The position numbers and the translations under genes were made by a program. The notes under the pieces are model-generated. The model made no database searches and was not told where the DNA came from. It worked only from the letters and a program-made list of their open reading frames with translations. DNA of 52,141 bases from an uncultured Gammaproteobacteria bacterium (lineage in GTDB: Bacteria; Patescibacteriota; Patescibacteriia; Veblenbacterales; UBA10138): NCBI GenBank assembly GCA_964348825.1, contig CAYGDX010000001.1, positions 36,625-88,765 of the forward strand. Direction: 5' to 3'. How positions within the stretch are numbered: the stretch's first letter is position 1; each line of letters opens with the position of its first letter. Shown in pieces: positions 16,039 through 28,600 of the stretch.

Positions 16039-17352
16039 TTATTCCGCGTGTTTGTGGTGGAGTTTGGTTTGGCCTTCCACGTGCGCTTTAAGTGGCGTAC
16101 CGGTAAAATCAAAGTTAGTGCGAATCGTGCTCGCCACCCATTTACCCAGAGCTCCCGGTAAATTTTCTTTAGTATTTATTTTAAGTACAAACGAAGGTGG
16201 TGCTGTACCAGTTTGAGCAAAAGCACCAAGGGGTAAGTCGCGGGTCGCTGTCGCACGTTTAAAATATTTACTTAAGTTGGCGATTTCTTGGGCTGATAAT
16301 TCTTTATTAAAGTTAATAATTTGTTGATTGATTTGCGGAATTATTTTAGCACAGTTTTGACCCGTAATAGCTGAAGTATAAATAATTGGCGCCCATGATA
16401 AATTACCCAAATAAGCACGAATGTGTTTGTTTATTTTATAAATATTATCTTCATTTATAACATCTAATTTATTAGCTATAATCAAACACGGTTTATTGCT
16501 TTCGGCTGCCATCGCGGCCAGCGCTTGATCTTGCCACGAGAGGGCCATACTTCCATCAATTACCAAAATAACAGCCGATAAATCTTTTAAAGTTTTTTGA
16601 GTAATATAAGCGCCTTGTTGCTCCAACTCCGAGGCCTTTTTAATTTGCCGCCGTATGCCAGCCGTATCGATTAATTCAATTGTAACATTTGCATTTAATA
16701 AATAATCACGTTGGCGATCGCGAGTGGTATGCGGTTGGGGCGAAACAATACTGCGTTCTTTTTTTAACAGTTGATTAAACAAAGATGATTTACCAACGTT
16801 GGTGCGACCAATAATTCCAATTGATACTTTTGGTTCAACTTCGGCAGGCTTTAAATATTTAAGCATTAAATCAAGTAGGTCACCGAGGCCTGAACCATTG
16901 CGGGCCGAAACTATTACTGTATCTTTAAATCCTAAATTAATTTCTTCCACTTGATGTCTGATTTTGGGATTATCAGCTTTATTAAGTACCAGAATAATTG
17001 GTTTTTTTAGGCGACGAAGTTTTTTAGCCATTTCAAGGTCAGCTGGCACCAAGCCAACTTTCGCATCGGCCACTAGTAAAATCACGGCCGCATTTTTTGT
17101 GGCACTTTCAAGTTGCTTAAGTGAAGAGATGTTGATATCATCGTGATCTGAAATATTTACATCAGCCCCAGCGGTATCAATTAACCAGTAGTTTTGACCG
17201 CGCCAAGTAACTTGCCCCAAAGCCGCATCGCGCGTGGTGCCGGCGGTAGAGGAAACTAAAACTTCGCCTGATTCAAGCAGGCGATTAAAAATTGTTGATT
17301 TACCAACATTGGTGCGACCAACGAGTACGGCAGTGGAGCGTGATTTGGACAT
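16039..17352 (-). CDS. der: ribosome biogenesis GTPase Der (EngA)
   Basis: Two tandem GTPase domains, each with GRTNVGKS, TTRD, DTAG and NKxD; degenerate KH-like C-terminus. Confidence 0.93.
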   Translation of the reverse strand: MSKSRSTAVLVGRTNVGKSTIFNRLLESGEVLVSSTAGTTRDAALGQVTWRGQNYWLIDTAGADVNISDHDDINISSLKQLESATKNAAVILLVADAKVGLVPADLEMAKKLRRLKKPIILVLNKADNPKIRHQVEEINLGFKDTVIVSARNGSGLGDLLDLMLKYLKPAEVEPKVSIGIIGRTNVGKSSLFNQLLKKERSIVSPQPHTTRDRQRDYLLNANVTIELIDTAGIRRQIKKASELEQQGAYITQKTLKDLSAVILVIDGSMALSWQDQALAAMAAESNKPCLIIANKLDVINEDNIYKINKHIRAYLGNLSWAPIIYTSAITGQNCAKIIPQINQQIINFNKELSAQEIANLSKYFKRATATRDLPLGAFAQTGTAPPSFVLKINTKENLPGALGKWVASTIRTNFDFTGTPLKAHVEGQTKLHHKHAE

Positions 17353-17541
17353 AGTTTATGAATGGCTAGGAGGTAAATTTTAATACTAGGTTTAAACCAA
17401 TTATAATTTGTTTCGAATCTAGAATATAGAATCTCGAATTTAGAATATGTTTTGTACTTATCTAGATTCTATATTCTAGCTTCTAGGTCCAATACATTTG
17501 TAGGATGCTTAGGATAATTTGTAATTTATTAAGTATTTTAT

Positions 17542-18891
17542 TTATTTTTTAATCAACCTATCTACTCCAAGAATAACACGAAAATCAGTATTTGGGTTAA
17601 CATTACTTAAACTAGAGTTAATAGCAGAAGTTTTAAATAATGATTCCAGGGTCTGCCTGGTGATTGGTTTACGACCACCAGTGTAATCATAAATTTCAGT
17701 TCGCGTTAAGTTTTGAATAACGGCAGTTTTATATTCCGCAATATTAAGTCCAAGGATTTTTAAGCTGGTAGCGGTTGCTTCGGCTAATCCTGCTTCAGTG
17801 GTGCCATTTTCTAAAATTATTTTAGCCTGTTCGCGGTTTACTAAATTAAGATTAAAAATATTCGCCGCCGTTTCTTTTATCTCTGCACCAGACGGGTCGT
17901 TTAATAAAAGCAAATAAGCGCCATCTTCACCGATTGTTTCATGCAGTAGGCCTGTTGGGCTGGTGTCAAGCACGCGATTAATAATGTCTTTTTTATCTAA
18001 TTGGCTTAGAAGATCAACTAAGCGTAAAGCACTCCTTGCTTCCAAATCAGTTTCCAAACTACTACTAATATTGCGGTACAATTTAAGAACTAAGCGGGGA
18101 TTAAGTAGGGTAGCCGGTGAAAGCAGTTTATCTTTTAAAGCTATTAGTAGTTTTTGTTGTCTGGCGGCACGAGCAAAATCCGATGATTCGCCATTGTTGC
18201 CGTGGCGCGAGCGAGCAAATTGTAAGGCCTGTTCGCCGTGCATAAGATTCCAACCTTCATCAAATTTTATTGTCATTAAACCATTGTTATCAGATGGGTA
18301 AGTAGTATCGGAAAAACTTTTGTTAACTTCTACTGGTACACCGCCAATGTCATCGACAATTTTAGCAAAACCAGAAAATGATAAGCGCACATAATAATGA
18401 ATTGGTTGATTAAGTAAATCGGCTACAGTTTGTACGGCGAGTTTGGCGCCTTCACCGGAACCCTTTTCTTCGCCCAAAGCATTAGCAAAATTTATTTTTT
18501 TTAAACCCCAATCAGGTACCTTAACTACCAAATCACGCGGTAGGGAAAGTAGAGCCAATTCTGGGCCATCGGTTTTTAAACTTGCAAAAATGATAGTATC
18601 GGTTAAGTAAGGTCCGTCGTGTTTACTTCCACCTTGGCCAAGAATTAGAAAGTTTATTCGGCCTTCCTTTTCACCGAGGAGCGGATGGTTATCGCTACCG
18701 GTAAGTCGTTTAATATTTTCCCAGATAGTATGATCTTGCCATTCTATTAAAGTGGCTTGTACAGCTGGGCGTTGGCCAAGCCAACTAATGCCAAGGAGTA
18801 AGGCAATAATTAAGAAATACAAAAAAAATTTCCCCCGTGTGGTGGCTTTTTGGCTTGGTAGTGGTACATTGTAGGGCGATAAATCGCTCAT
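17542..18891 (-). CDS. LCP (LytR-CpsA-Psr) family protein with LytR C-terminal domain
   Basis: N-terminal TM, INFLILG, TDTII, LSLPRDL, KINFA, ALQFARSRH, SDFARAARQQ, C-terminal ENGTTEAGLA. Confidence 0.93.
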   Translation of the reverse strand: MSDLSPYNVPLPSQKATTRGKFFLYFLIIALLLGISWLGQRPAVQATLIEWQDHTIWENIKRLTGSDNHPLLGEKEGRINFLILGQGGSKHDGPYLTDTIIFASLKTDGPELALLSLPRDLVVKVPDWGLKKINFANALGEEKGSGEGAKLAVQTVADLLNQPIHYYVRLSFSGFAKIVDDIGGVPVEVNKSFSDTTYPSDNNGLMTIKFDEGWNLMHGEQALQFARSRHGNNGESSDFARAARQQKLLIALKDKLLSPATLLNPRLVLKLYRNISSSLETDLEARSALRLVDLLSQLDKKDIINRVLDTSPTGLLHETIGEDGAYLLLLNDPSGAEIKETAANIFNLNLVNREQAKIILENGTTEAGLAEATATSLKILGLNIAEYKTAVIQNLTRTEIYDYTGGRKPITRQTLESLFKTSAINSSLSNVNPNTDFRVILGVDRLIKK

Positions 18892-19021
18892 ATTATTATT
18901 ATTTTAAGTTGACCCCGGAAGTAGAACTCGTTTGACTCGTTCACTTCGGGGCGAGACAAATCATTAAAATTGCTTATTAAGTTTAAATTCAAGTAATACT
19001 ATAGATTTAAGATATTTCAGG

Positions 19022-19050
19022 TTGACAGAGTGCAAAACAAATGTTACCAT
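19022..19050 (+). promoter_or_regulatory. promoter upstream of tRNA-Val/lepB
   Basis: TTGACA, 17 bp spacer, TACCAT. Confidence 0.55.
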
Positions 19051-19259
19051 CGGGTTTGTTTGGCGTCAACGGAAGGTTGAGTAAGAGTAAGAGCTTGAGG
19101 TTAAGAGTATTATATCTTGGCGAGGAGCGAGTGAGGCGACAATCTTACAAAATTTCTAATGTCTAATTTCTAATATCTAAAAATGACTAATAATTGAATT
19201 TAGACATTTGACATTAGGATTTTTTAGAAATTAGACATTAGTGATTAGATATTTCGAAT

Positions 19260-19336
19260 GGACGCATAGCTCAGCTGGTTAGAGCGTTGCATTCACATTG
19301 CAAAGGTCCCTGGTTCGAATCCAGGTGCGTCCACCA
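19260..19336 (+). tRNA. tRNA-Val (anticodon CAC)
   Basis: Acceptor GGACGCA/TGCGTCC, D-arm TAGCTCAGCTGGTTAGAGC, anticodon arm TTGCA-TTCACAT-TGCAA, T-arm CCTGGTTCGAATCCAGG, encoded CCA. Confidence 0.97.
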
Positions 19337-19492
19337 GCCTTCGCCAAGGCTTCCTCCTCTACTGAAGCTACGTAGGACAAGTCGGCTGGCACAGCCACTT
19401 GTTTAAATTTCCAATGACCAAGTTCCCGCCTCCCCGGCGGGCGAGCCAATTTTCAATAAATTTAAATTACTATTAATAAAAAATAAAAAATT

Positions 19493-20050
19493 ATGCTCCA
19501 ATACCTCAAGGCCTTTTTAGAATTTATTTGGGAAGTAGTAAAAGTAGCTGTGGTATCGCTTGCTATTATTTTACCAATTCGTTATTTTTTGGTACAGCCG
19601 TTCTATGTTAAAGGTGCCTCGATGGAACCAAATTTTACCGATCATGATTATTTATTGATTGATGAGATTTCTTATCGTTTTCGGGCGCCCGAAAGGGGCG
19701 AAGTAGTAGTTTTTCGTTATCCAAAAAATCCGCGAGATTTTTACATTAAGCGCGTAGTAGGACTTCCTGGTGAAAGAGTAGTAATAAAAGATACTAAAGT
19801 ATTAGTAAGTAGCGGGGCAGAATTAGTAGAGTTACCTGAAAAATATTTAGATGTTAATTATTTAGGTGGCCAACCTAATTCTAATTATTTAGATGTTACG
19901 CTTGGGGCGGATCAATATTATGTCATGGGTGATAATCGTCGCGCTAGTTCTGATTCACGCTCGTTTGGTCCTATTACTAAGCATGATTTAATTGGGCGGA
20001 GTTGGGTACGCGCTTGGCCGTTTAATAGATGGAAGGTATTTAGTGAATAA
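19493..20050 (+). CDS. lepB: signal peptidase I
   Basis: VKGASMEPN (catalytic Ser), YIKRVVGLPGE (Lys), MGDNRRASSDSR. Confidence 0.97.
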   Translation: MLQYLKAFLEFIWEVVKVAVVSLAIILPIRYFLVQPFYVKGASMEPNFTDHDYLLIDEISYRFRAPERGEVVVFRYPKNPRDFYIKRVVGLPGERVVIKDTKVLVSSGAELVELPEKYLDVNYLGGQPNSNYLDVTLGADQYYVMGDNRRASSDSRSFGPITKHDLIGRSWVRAWPFNRWKVFSE

Positions 20051-20147
20051 GATTTTTATAAAATTCGAATATCGAAATTCGAAATCCGAAAATTTTCGAA
20101 TTTAGTGCTTCGGATTTCGGATTTAAGTAATTAGGATTTAAACATTT

Positions 20148-21509
20148 ATGCCCAATCAATTAACTAAAAATACAATTAAACCAATCGCTTCAGCTGAATC
20201 AGCGGTTAAGGTAAAAAAAATTACTCCACCACAACTGGTGCGGGGGATGCATGATTTGTTGCCTGCCGAATGGCCATGGTGGAACTTTATTTCCAGTGTG
20301 ATTAAAGAACAGGCCGAGGCCTACCGGTTTGAGCGACTTGAAACGCCGATTTTAGAAAAACTTAATTTGTTTACACGAGCCATCGGTACTACTACAGATA
20401 TTGTTGAAAAAGAGATGTTTGCTTTTGTGGACAAAAATGAAGATCATTTAGCCTTACGTCCGGAATATACGGCTGGGCTCGCTCGGGCTTATATTGAGCA
20501 CGGTATGATGGCACTACCCAAACCAATCAAACTTTTTTGTTTTGGTCCAGTTTTTCGTCACGAACGACCACAGGCTGGACGTTTTCGCGAATTCCGTCAA
20601 TATGATTTTGAAATTTATGGTGAAGCTGGAGCCGCGGCTGACGCGCAAATAATACTACTCGCCTCTAGTTTTTTTAGTAAATTACATTTACCAATCACGA
20701 TTCAAATCAATAGTGTTGGCTGTCCTACTTGCCGTACCGCTTTCCGTCAAAAACTGGTAGATTATTTCCGCTCTAAACGTTCACATTTATGCGAAGATTG
20801 TAAACGACGTTTGGTTAAAAATCCTTTGCGTATTTTGGATTGTAAGGTAGAGGAGTGTCATATACAAGCGATGCGTGCGCCACAAATTGTAGATAGTTTG
20901 TGCTTAGAGTGTAGTACACATTTTACTAAACTCTTGGAGTATTTAGATGAAGTTGATTTAGCTTATCAATTGAATCCTTACTTGGTGCGAGGGTTAGATT
21001 ATTACACACGTACTGTGTTTGAAATTTGGGCCGAAGGCGATGACGGTAAAAATACTTTAGCCGCCGGCGGCAGATATGATAATTTAATTACTGATTTAGG
21101 TGGTGTGCCTACGCCGGCAATTGGCTTTGCAGGTGGATCAGAGAGATTAATTTCAGAATTAAAAAATCGGGCAATACCAGTACCCGAAATTCCACCACCT
21201 GATTTATTCTTAGCCTGCCTCGGTGAGCCAGCGCGTAAAAAAGCTTTTCGTTTATTTGAAGAGCTCAGAAGTCAGGGTGTAAAAGTAGCCGAAAGTTTTA
21301 CCAAAGACGGTTTGAAGGGTCAGCTTGAGATTGCTAATAAATTAAAAGTTAAATTTGCGCTGGTGCTCGGGCAAAAGGAAATGATGGACGGCACTATTAT
21401 CGTACGTGATATGGAAAATGGTATTCAAGAAATTGTGGATTTGAAAAAGGTGGTCAGTGAAATAAAAAAACGAATTGAAGCTAGTGTGACTGATACGAGT
21501 TTGTTATAA
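20148..21509 (+). CDS. hisS: histidine--tRNA ligase
   Basis: RGMHD, TDIVEKEMF, LRPEYTA, FRHERPQAGRFREF, LVRGLDYYTRTVFE, GGRYD. Confidence 0.98.
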   Translation: MPNQLTKNTIKPIASAESAVKVKKITPPQLVRGMHDLLPAEWPWWNFISSVIKEQAEAYRFERLETPILEKLNLFTRAIGTTTDIVEKEMFAFVDKNEDHLALRPEYTAGLARAYIEHGMMALPKPIKLFCFGPVFRHERPQAGRFREFRQYDFEIYGEAGAAADAQIILLASSFFSKLHLPITIQINSVGCPTCRTAFRQKLVDYFRSKRSHLCEDCKRRLVKNPLRILDCKVEECHIQAMRAPQIVDSLCLECSTHFTKLLEYLDEVDLAYQLNPYLVRGLDYYTRTVFEIWAEGDDGKNTLAAGGRYDNLITDLGGVPTPAIGFAGGSERLISELKNRAIPVPEIPPPDLFLACLGEPARKKAFRLFEELRSQGVKVAESFTKDGLKGQLEIANKLKVKFALVLGQKEMMDGTIIVRDMENGIQEIVDLKKVVSEIKKRIEASVTDTSLL

Positions 21510-21518
21510 GGATATTTT

Positions 21519-21550
21519 AAAACCACCCCGATGTATGTCGGGGTGGTTTT
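21519..21550 (+). terminator. intrinsic terminator after hisS
   Basis: aaaaccaccccga/tcggggtggtttt hairpin. Confidence 0.8.
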
Positions 21551-21624
21551 TCCACAGATTGACTACTGTTCCGATAATTGTTATAGTTAAAATGTAATTT
21601 ATTTGTAAAGGAGGTGCATTTACC

Positions 21625-21903
21625 GTGATAGAAGTAAAAAGGAAAGATGGCGAATCAGTGGAAAGTTTGCTTAGGCGCTTTTCCAAGAAAGTCCAACAAT
21701 CGGGCTTAATTTTACGTACCAAAAAACGTCAGCATTTTGAACCAGCTAAAACCAAACGCGAACAGCGCGGTGAGGCCTTACGGCGTCTAGCTATTCGTGG
21801 TCGCAAAGAATACTTACGCAAAACCGGTCAATTAACTGAAGAAGAATTACGTAGTAAAGATCCACGCGTTCGCTCTCTAATTAAACGATCAATAAAGAAA
21901 TAA
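21625..21903 (+). CDS. rpsU: 30S ribosomal protein bS21
   Basis: GESVESLLRRFSKKVQQSGL...FEP; AAGGAGGT RBS; promoter TTGACT-17-TATAGT at 21559-21587. Confidence 0.88.
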   Translation: MIEVKRKDGESVESLLRRFSKKVQQSGLILRTKKRQHFEPAKTKREQRGEALRRLAIRGRKEYLRKTGQLTEEELRSKDPRVRSLIKRSIKK

Positions 21904-21968
21904 ATAATTTTTAGATATTACCCGCCTCTTCGGCGGGTGGTTGCCAAGGCAACCATTAAACCTGTTAG

Positions 21969-22430
21969 GTGACCATGCTACCCATTGAACAGCGTTTAGA
22001 AACTGAATGTCGCACCCAAGCTTTAGCGAAGTCGCCAGAGCTTGGGATTTTGCGTTTGCTTAAAAATGCTTTGCAGCAAGCGCAAATTACCGCACGTGGT
22101 ACCGGCAAAGAATTAACTGAGGCCGATGGCATGCAAGTTTTGCGCAAAGAATATAAAAAGCGGATAGAGGCGGCTGAGATGTACGAAAAAGCCGGTCGAC
22201 CAGAATTAGCAATTAAAGAAAAATCTGAAGCGGAAATTGTTTTGCGTTACTTACCACCAGCGCCCAATGAAGAACAGGTTTTAATCAAAGCCAAAGAGTT
22301 GGCGTTGAGTTTGAATTTAAGTGGACAAGCTTCAATTGGAAAATTAACCAAAGCGCTAATAGAAGATTTTGGAAATGGGCTTGATGGGCAAATGGCGAGT
22401 CGTGTGGCGCGACAAGTATTAGGAGTGTAG
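21969..22430 (+). CDS. GatB/YqeY domain protein
   Basis: KEYKKRIEAAEMYEKAGRPELAIKEKSEAEIVLRYLP; follows rpsU as commonly seen. Confidence 0.9.
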   Translation: MTMLPIEQRLETECRTQALAKSPELGILRLLKNALQQAQITARGTGKELTEADGMQVLRKEYKKRIEAAEMYEKAGRPELAIKEKSEAEIVLRYLPPAPNEEQVLIKAKELALSLNLSGQASIGKLTKALIEDFGNGLDGQMASRVARQVLGV

Positions 22431-22656
22431 TTAGTAAATAGTATTCGTCATTGCGAAGAGCCGAAGCGACGAAGCAATCTCTCACAAAATTACTAATAAC
22501 TAATTCCTAATTTCTAAAAATATCTAATCCCTAAATCCTAAAGTTGAATTTTAAATTTTAAATTATAAATTAATTATTAACGACTTAATTTTAAAACATT
22601 TAAAAATTTAGGATTTTTTAGAAATTAGTGATTAGAAATTAGAAATTTACAAAACC

Positions 22657-25600
22657 ATGTTTCCGTTAAAAAACATCATAACAATTTATAAAAATATTAG
22701 CACCAAAGCAAAGGCCATCTGGCTCTCCGCCACCTTGGGTTTATTTTTATCACTCCCAGTTTGGGCGCAAGATGGGTTAAATGGTTTAGAAAATTTTGAT
22801 GTTAATTTAGGCCAAAAGCCGCTGGTAGAAATCGTAGCCAATATTATAAATATTTTCCTTGGGGTTTTGGGTGTGATTGCGGTGGTGATAATTATGTATG
22901 GCGGGTATTTATGGATGACCGCCAAAGGTAATGAAGAGCAATTGGAAAAAGCTAAAAAACTTTTAATTGACGGCGCAATTGGCCTCGCCATTATTTTAAT
23001 GGCGTGGGGAATTGCCGCTTTTATTATTAATCGTATTCGTGATGCCACCGGTGGTGGGGGCGATGATGGCCCGCCAATTGTTTGTGCAGATGGCAGTCAA
23101 CCACCTTGTACATTTTTATCTCGTCAATTCAAAGTGGCTAGTGTAGATCCAAAAGATCGTGCCAATAATGTAAAACTATGTGCCAGCGTGCAAGCGACTT
23201 TTAATGATGTAGTTGATCAAAACACAATTAATTCTTCAAATATTAAGATTTGGAATACTAAAGGCACAGATGATTTAACAGATGATGTTTTAGTACAAAA
23301 TGACAATCCACCTATTATTGGTACTTACAGTGGAGTAGGTAATTCATTTAGTTTTGAACATTCGGCTCGTAGCGCTAGTGATCTTAATGAATTTTCTCGC
23401 AATACTAAATATCGCGCACTTATTTCTGCTGATGTTAAAAGTGTGAGCGCAAAAAATTTAAATAAGAAAAAAGAATGGTTATTTACTACTGGCGTTGATA
23501 GTGATCGTATTTTACCAGTGGTCAGTGAGGCCTATCCAATTCCAAATAGTGAAGAAGTTTGTCGCAATACTTCAATCCAAGTTATCTTCAATGAGGTAAT
23601 GCTTGCTACTAGTTTGAATTTAGATAATATTATTTTATATCAAGGTGCAACTCCAGTGGAATTAACCGGCATTCGGGTGGGTAGTGATTTTAAATCAGTT
23701 ACTTTGTATCCTAAATCAGCGCTTGCGGCTCGCGCTCAATTTACAGTTAAATTGCGTACTAGTGCCAGTGCACAGGCAAATGATGGAATTCGTGATAGTT
23801 GTAGTAATCCTTTAGATGGCAATAAAGATTTAGACGCCGACTATACACCAACCGATGATTACTCGTGGAGTTTTAAAACCGGTGAGACCACTGATTGTGC
23901 GCCATCACTTTCCAGTGTTAATCCAGCTGCTGGCGATTATGGCGATACAGTAACATTAGTTGGTAAGAATTTTGCCTTAACTGGGGAAGTAGAGTTTCAC
24001 GATGTAATAGCTGATGATAATAGTTTTGATGGTTTAAAAAATATTTTATGTTGGAATAAAGCCGCCTGCCCAGATCAAATTAAAGTGCGAGTACCAGTCG
24101 GCGCGCGTAGTGGACTCGTGCGAGCCGCCGTTGGGCGCGATTATTCCAATGGTTTACCATTTACTGTCACCAGTCCTTATATAGATTCTTTATCGCCCGA
24201 GGCGGGTGGTAAAGATCAATATGTAACTATTTCCGGTGAAAACTTTGGTGATGATGTTGGTGTAGTTAGATTTGGATCATCAATAGATGGCGCGCCTCCA
24301 GCTTGTGCGGATTATTGGTCTGATCACGAAATAGTTATTAAAGTACCAGTTGGATTTATGCCGGAAGTGTCAGCGCCAGTGCAAGTAATTACATCTACGG
24401 CCAAAAAGAGTAATTTTGCCGATTTTACAGTTACAAATGATACGCCAGGGCCAGGGCTTTGTAGTGTTAGTCCAAATCGAGATAATGTTTCTAAGCCAGT
24501 CACTTTAAGTGGTGAACATTTTGGTGTGGTGAAAGGTAATAGTAAAGTTTTGTTTGAAAAAGTGGAAGCTAGTGTGGAAGCGGCTGGTTGGAGTCAAACA
24601 ACAATTCCTACAGCTTACGTGCCTCAAATTTCTTCGGGTGGCAAAGGCGTGGGTGTAGTGGTGGCGAGCAAAGAATCCAATCGTGTAACTTTCCAAGTAT
24701 TAAATGGTCCGAGTGTGGTAGAACAAGCTACTTGTGTAAGTAGTATGCAAAGCCCAACACCTTATAAATCAAGTGCTGAAGTTTGTAAGAATGCTAGTTT
24801 AGGCGCGCGGTTTAATAAAGTAATGAAAGAGGATAGTTTAACAGCGCCAAATAATTTAGAATTAAAAAAATGTAATAATGATGATGAGTTTAGTGCTAGT
24901 GATTGTAGTGGAGTAGTTAATTTAGGTGCGGCTACTATTATTAAAGATGGCGACGACAATTCAATTGGTTTTACCAAAGTGCCAGCCGCTGATTTAGATA
25001 ATGGTTTTTGGTATCAAGCTACAGTTTCCGGCTCAGTAGTTAAAGAATTAGGTGGTGCACCACTCGGCAGTGATTATGTTTGGCATTTTAAAGTGCGTTC
25101 ACAAGATGAAAATTGCGCGATTAATAAAGTGCGCGTGAACCCAAGTACGGCTTACATTAGAAGTGAGTTTGATACGCAAAATTACACAGCCCAAGCCGAC
25201 GCACAAAATTGTAATGTTTTAAACCAAGTCGAAGGTTGGAGTTGGGAATCAGATAATCCTAATAAAGCCACTATTACACCTAATTATCCGGGCGCGCCTC
25301 GGGCGGTGGCCGATGACAATGGAGTTAATTGGGAGGCCGATGAATCAGTTGGTCCAATAAAAATTACAGCTAAATTTAACGATAAAGATGATGACGGTGA
25401 TTTATATATTTCTTCAACCGCTTGTAGTGAGAATGCCGATTGTGGTTTGTGTGGCGCGGGCAGGAGTAGTTGTACAAAGAGTCGTTGTACTCCGGTAATT
25501 GATAATTTTACACCAAATAATGGCGCGGTAGGTACTTGGGTAAGTATTAATGGTTGTTATTTTGGAAATAAAAAAGGCCAAGTATTTTATACCAATAGTA

Positions 25601-28600
25601 TAGAAGGTTTGTGGCCTGATTCTAATCTTTGTGGTAAAAGCACTTGGGGCAATACGCAAATTATTAGTGAAGTACCGCCTGGTATAGCGGCTCAAGGCCC
25701 GATTTCAGTAGTGCGTCCGGAAGCTAGTGAAGATGATATAGCAAATAGTAGTGGTGATTTTACTAAGAACACTGTCGCACGCCCTGGTATTTGTCGGGTT
25801 GAACCACGCCAAGTATTTTCCAAAGATTTAACTGATCAAGAGAAAGCTAGGGTTACGATTTTTGGTAAATTATTAGATGGTAGTAGAGGTCAAAATTTTG
25901 TTGAATATGATTTGCGTATACTCAATAATAAATTACAAATTAATGGACAAGCCGTAAGCTATACATCTTGGGCTGATACAATGATAGAAGCTATTACACC
26001 TAATACAAATACAATTGCGCCGAGTGATGTGTTAAGAATTATAAAAAAACCAGTACCAGCCGAGTTAATTGCTTTAGGTATAAATGAGCTTAATTCCAAT
26101 ACTTTAGAATATAGAATTATTAAATCAAGTTTAGGTGGTGAAAATAAATTGCCAGTAATAGATTCTATTAATCCGCCCGATGGCCGAGCCGATGGCACTG
26201 CCACCACAGTAGTAACAATCAAGGGTTCTAATTTTGGAACTACCGGTCAAGTTTGGTTTGATAATAAATTAGCCGATTTTGCCAAATGTGGCACTTGGAC
26301 TGATAAAGAAATTATTATTGCCGTTCCAACCACATTATTAAAAGCCGATAATAAAGTTAAAGTAAAAACCGAGGGTGGTACATCTAATGATGATAAAATT
26401 TTTAGAGTTAGCTCAGTAATTCGCCCCGGTATTTGTTCTATTTCACCCGCCTTTGGTAAAGAAGGCGCGGAAGTTTCCATCAGTGGTTATAATTTTACTT
26501 CTAATCAAGCTCGCGGCAGTATGGTAACAGTAGCTTGCAGTACGGATGATTTGGTGGCAGGTTGTGCCGATACGGTTGAAGAAGAAAATGATGGTAGTGG
26601 TGGTGTTCAAATAGAAAATGATCGCTTTGTATTAAAAAATAAAATTAGCTCAACTATAAAGTCGGGGATTGTAAATTGGGATAACAATAAAATTACTGTT
26701 AAATTACCACCCAAAGTTCGTACTGGTGATGTTAGGGTATCGGCTGATTATATGACTGTGCCAGCTGGAGGACTACGTCGTTCTAATCCTATAACATTTA
26801 CCGGCGCGCCTTTTATAAATCGCATTACACCAGATAAGGCGTCAGCTGGTAGTTTCATCACTATTGAGGGTGGAAATTTTAGTGACTGTACGACGCGTGG
26901 CACAGATTTAGAAGATCCTTGTGTAGTAAGTTTTGGTAAAAATAATAACGATAGAGAGCCAGCGGCGCCCTTACCTGCAATGTGTTTGTGGAGTGATAGT
27001 TTTATTGTAACTAAAGTGCCAGACAAGGCGGCTGATGAGAAATCACAATTAGTAAAAGTGCGCACGCTAAATTGGCCAAGTGTTGGTATTTTAGAAACTA
27101 CCGACAAAGATAGTAAACCATTCACGCGCGATGAATCAGTGCCCAAGGCACCAGGGCTTTGTGCTTTGAGTCCTAGCCAAGTTAACGAAGATGCTTTGCC
27201 TAAACAAGTTTCTTTATATGGTAATCGATTTGGTGCGACTGCTATACTTTATCCTAATCCGCCAACTAAACCAGATCCTAAAGATTATAGTAAACACGAT
27301 CAAGTTAAGTTTACCAATCTTAGTTATTTAGAAATTAACACTGCGGTTTGGGGTTCTAATTGGTCTGATCAAAAAATTGAAGTTAATATTCCTGAAAATA
27401 CTAAATCCGGCTTGGTTAGTGTGCAAAAAACTATTGACCAAGTGACAAATCGTACCTGTTCAGGTGCACAATTAGGCGAATTTTGTTTGCCAATAGGTTG
27501 GAGTTATAAAACAGAAAAAAAATTAACCACCAGTAATCCTTTACCATTTAAAGTGTCAGCTGGTGATTTGAAAATTGAATCGTTTGTTCCGACCAATGGC
27601 TCAAACGATGTTTGCCGCAATATGGCGATTAATGTTAAAACCAATCAAGCGGTAAAATCAGCTAATTTTGAGGAAACAATTAAGTTGGTTGATGAAACTA
27701 GTTTATTAATCGATTCTGATTTTAAAGATTTAGTTTTTAAAGCCACACCTTACACTAGAGAAATAAAAAATAGTTATGGTAAAGTAACTGATACTGAATA
27801 TGGTTTAACTATTAGTCCCCGTAAAATATTTGACCCTAGTCATAATTTTAAATTAACTATCAAAGGTGGCGAGGGTGGTATAGTAGCTGAAGATGGTGGT
27901 AAGTTGGTTTGTACAAATTCGTCTGATTGTGAAATTACTTTTACCACTGGCGATAGATTTTGTACGATTGACAAAGTGGAAATAGACCCAGCGAATCATA
28001 ATTTTATTGCGGCGGGAGAGAATAAGATTTTTGAAGCCAAGGCCTATAATTTAGCTTGGGCTAATCCAGTTGGTTCAACCTGTCCCATTGGTTTTGATTG
28101 GAATGCGGAAAGTGATTTTAATAAAAATGGTAATTGGGATCCGGGCGAATGTCAGCAAAAAATAGAACTTGCAAATGTTGATTATGCTTGGAGTAAGGTT
28201 GATCCTAATCAAGCGATTGTTGATAATTTGCCTAAGACCACACCTGCTACAGTAACTATTACATCAACTGCTAAAGAAGGAATGGCAAAATTAATTGCCA
28301 CTGGTTTTAGTTCTACTGGTAGCGCCTCGCCAGTAGGTGGTGAATGTCCGGTTGGTAGTGTTTGGATTGATGCTAATAATAACAATGTTAAAGATACCAA
28401 TGAATGTAAATTAATTGATGCTAATTGGCGTAGCGCTACAGGCTGGGCAGATCTTTTGGTTTTAATTGGTGGATCGATAGATGTTAGTAATCCCTTACCA
28501 ATTGATTTAAATAATATTTCGACTAATGCTTGTCGTAACGGTGCTATTACAGCAGATTTGTTGGAGCGTGCTTTACCAGCTGGTAATTGGAGTGGAGCAA

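Noticed and set aside
16788..17320. Near-identical ~24-bp repeat inside der
   Set aside because: Encodes the two GRTNVGKS P-loops of the tandem GTPase domains
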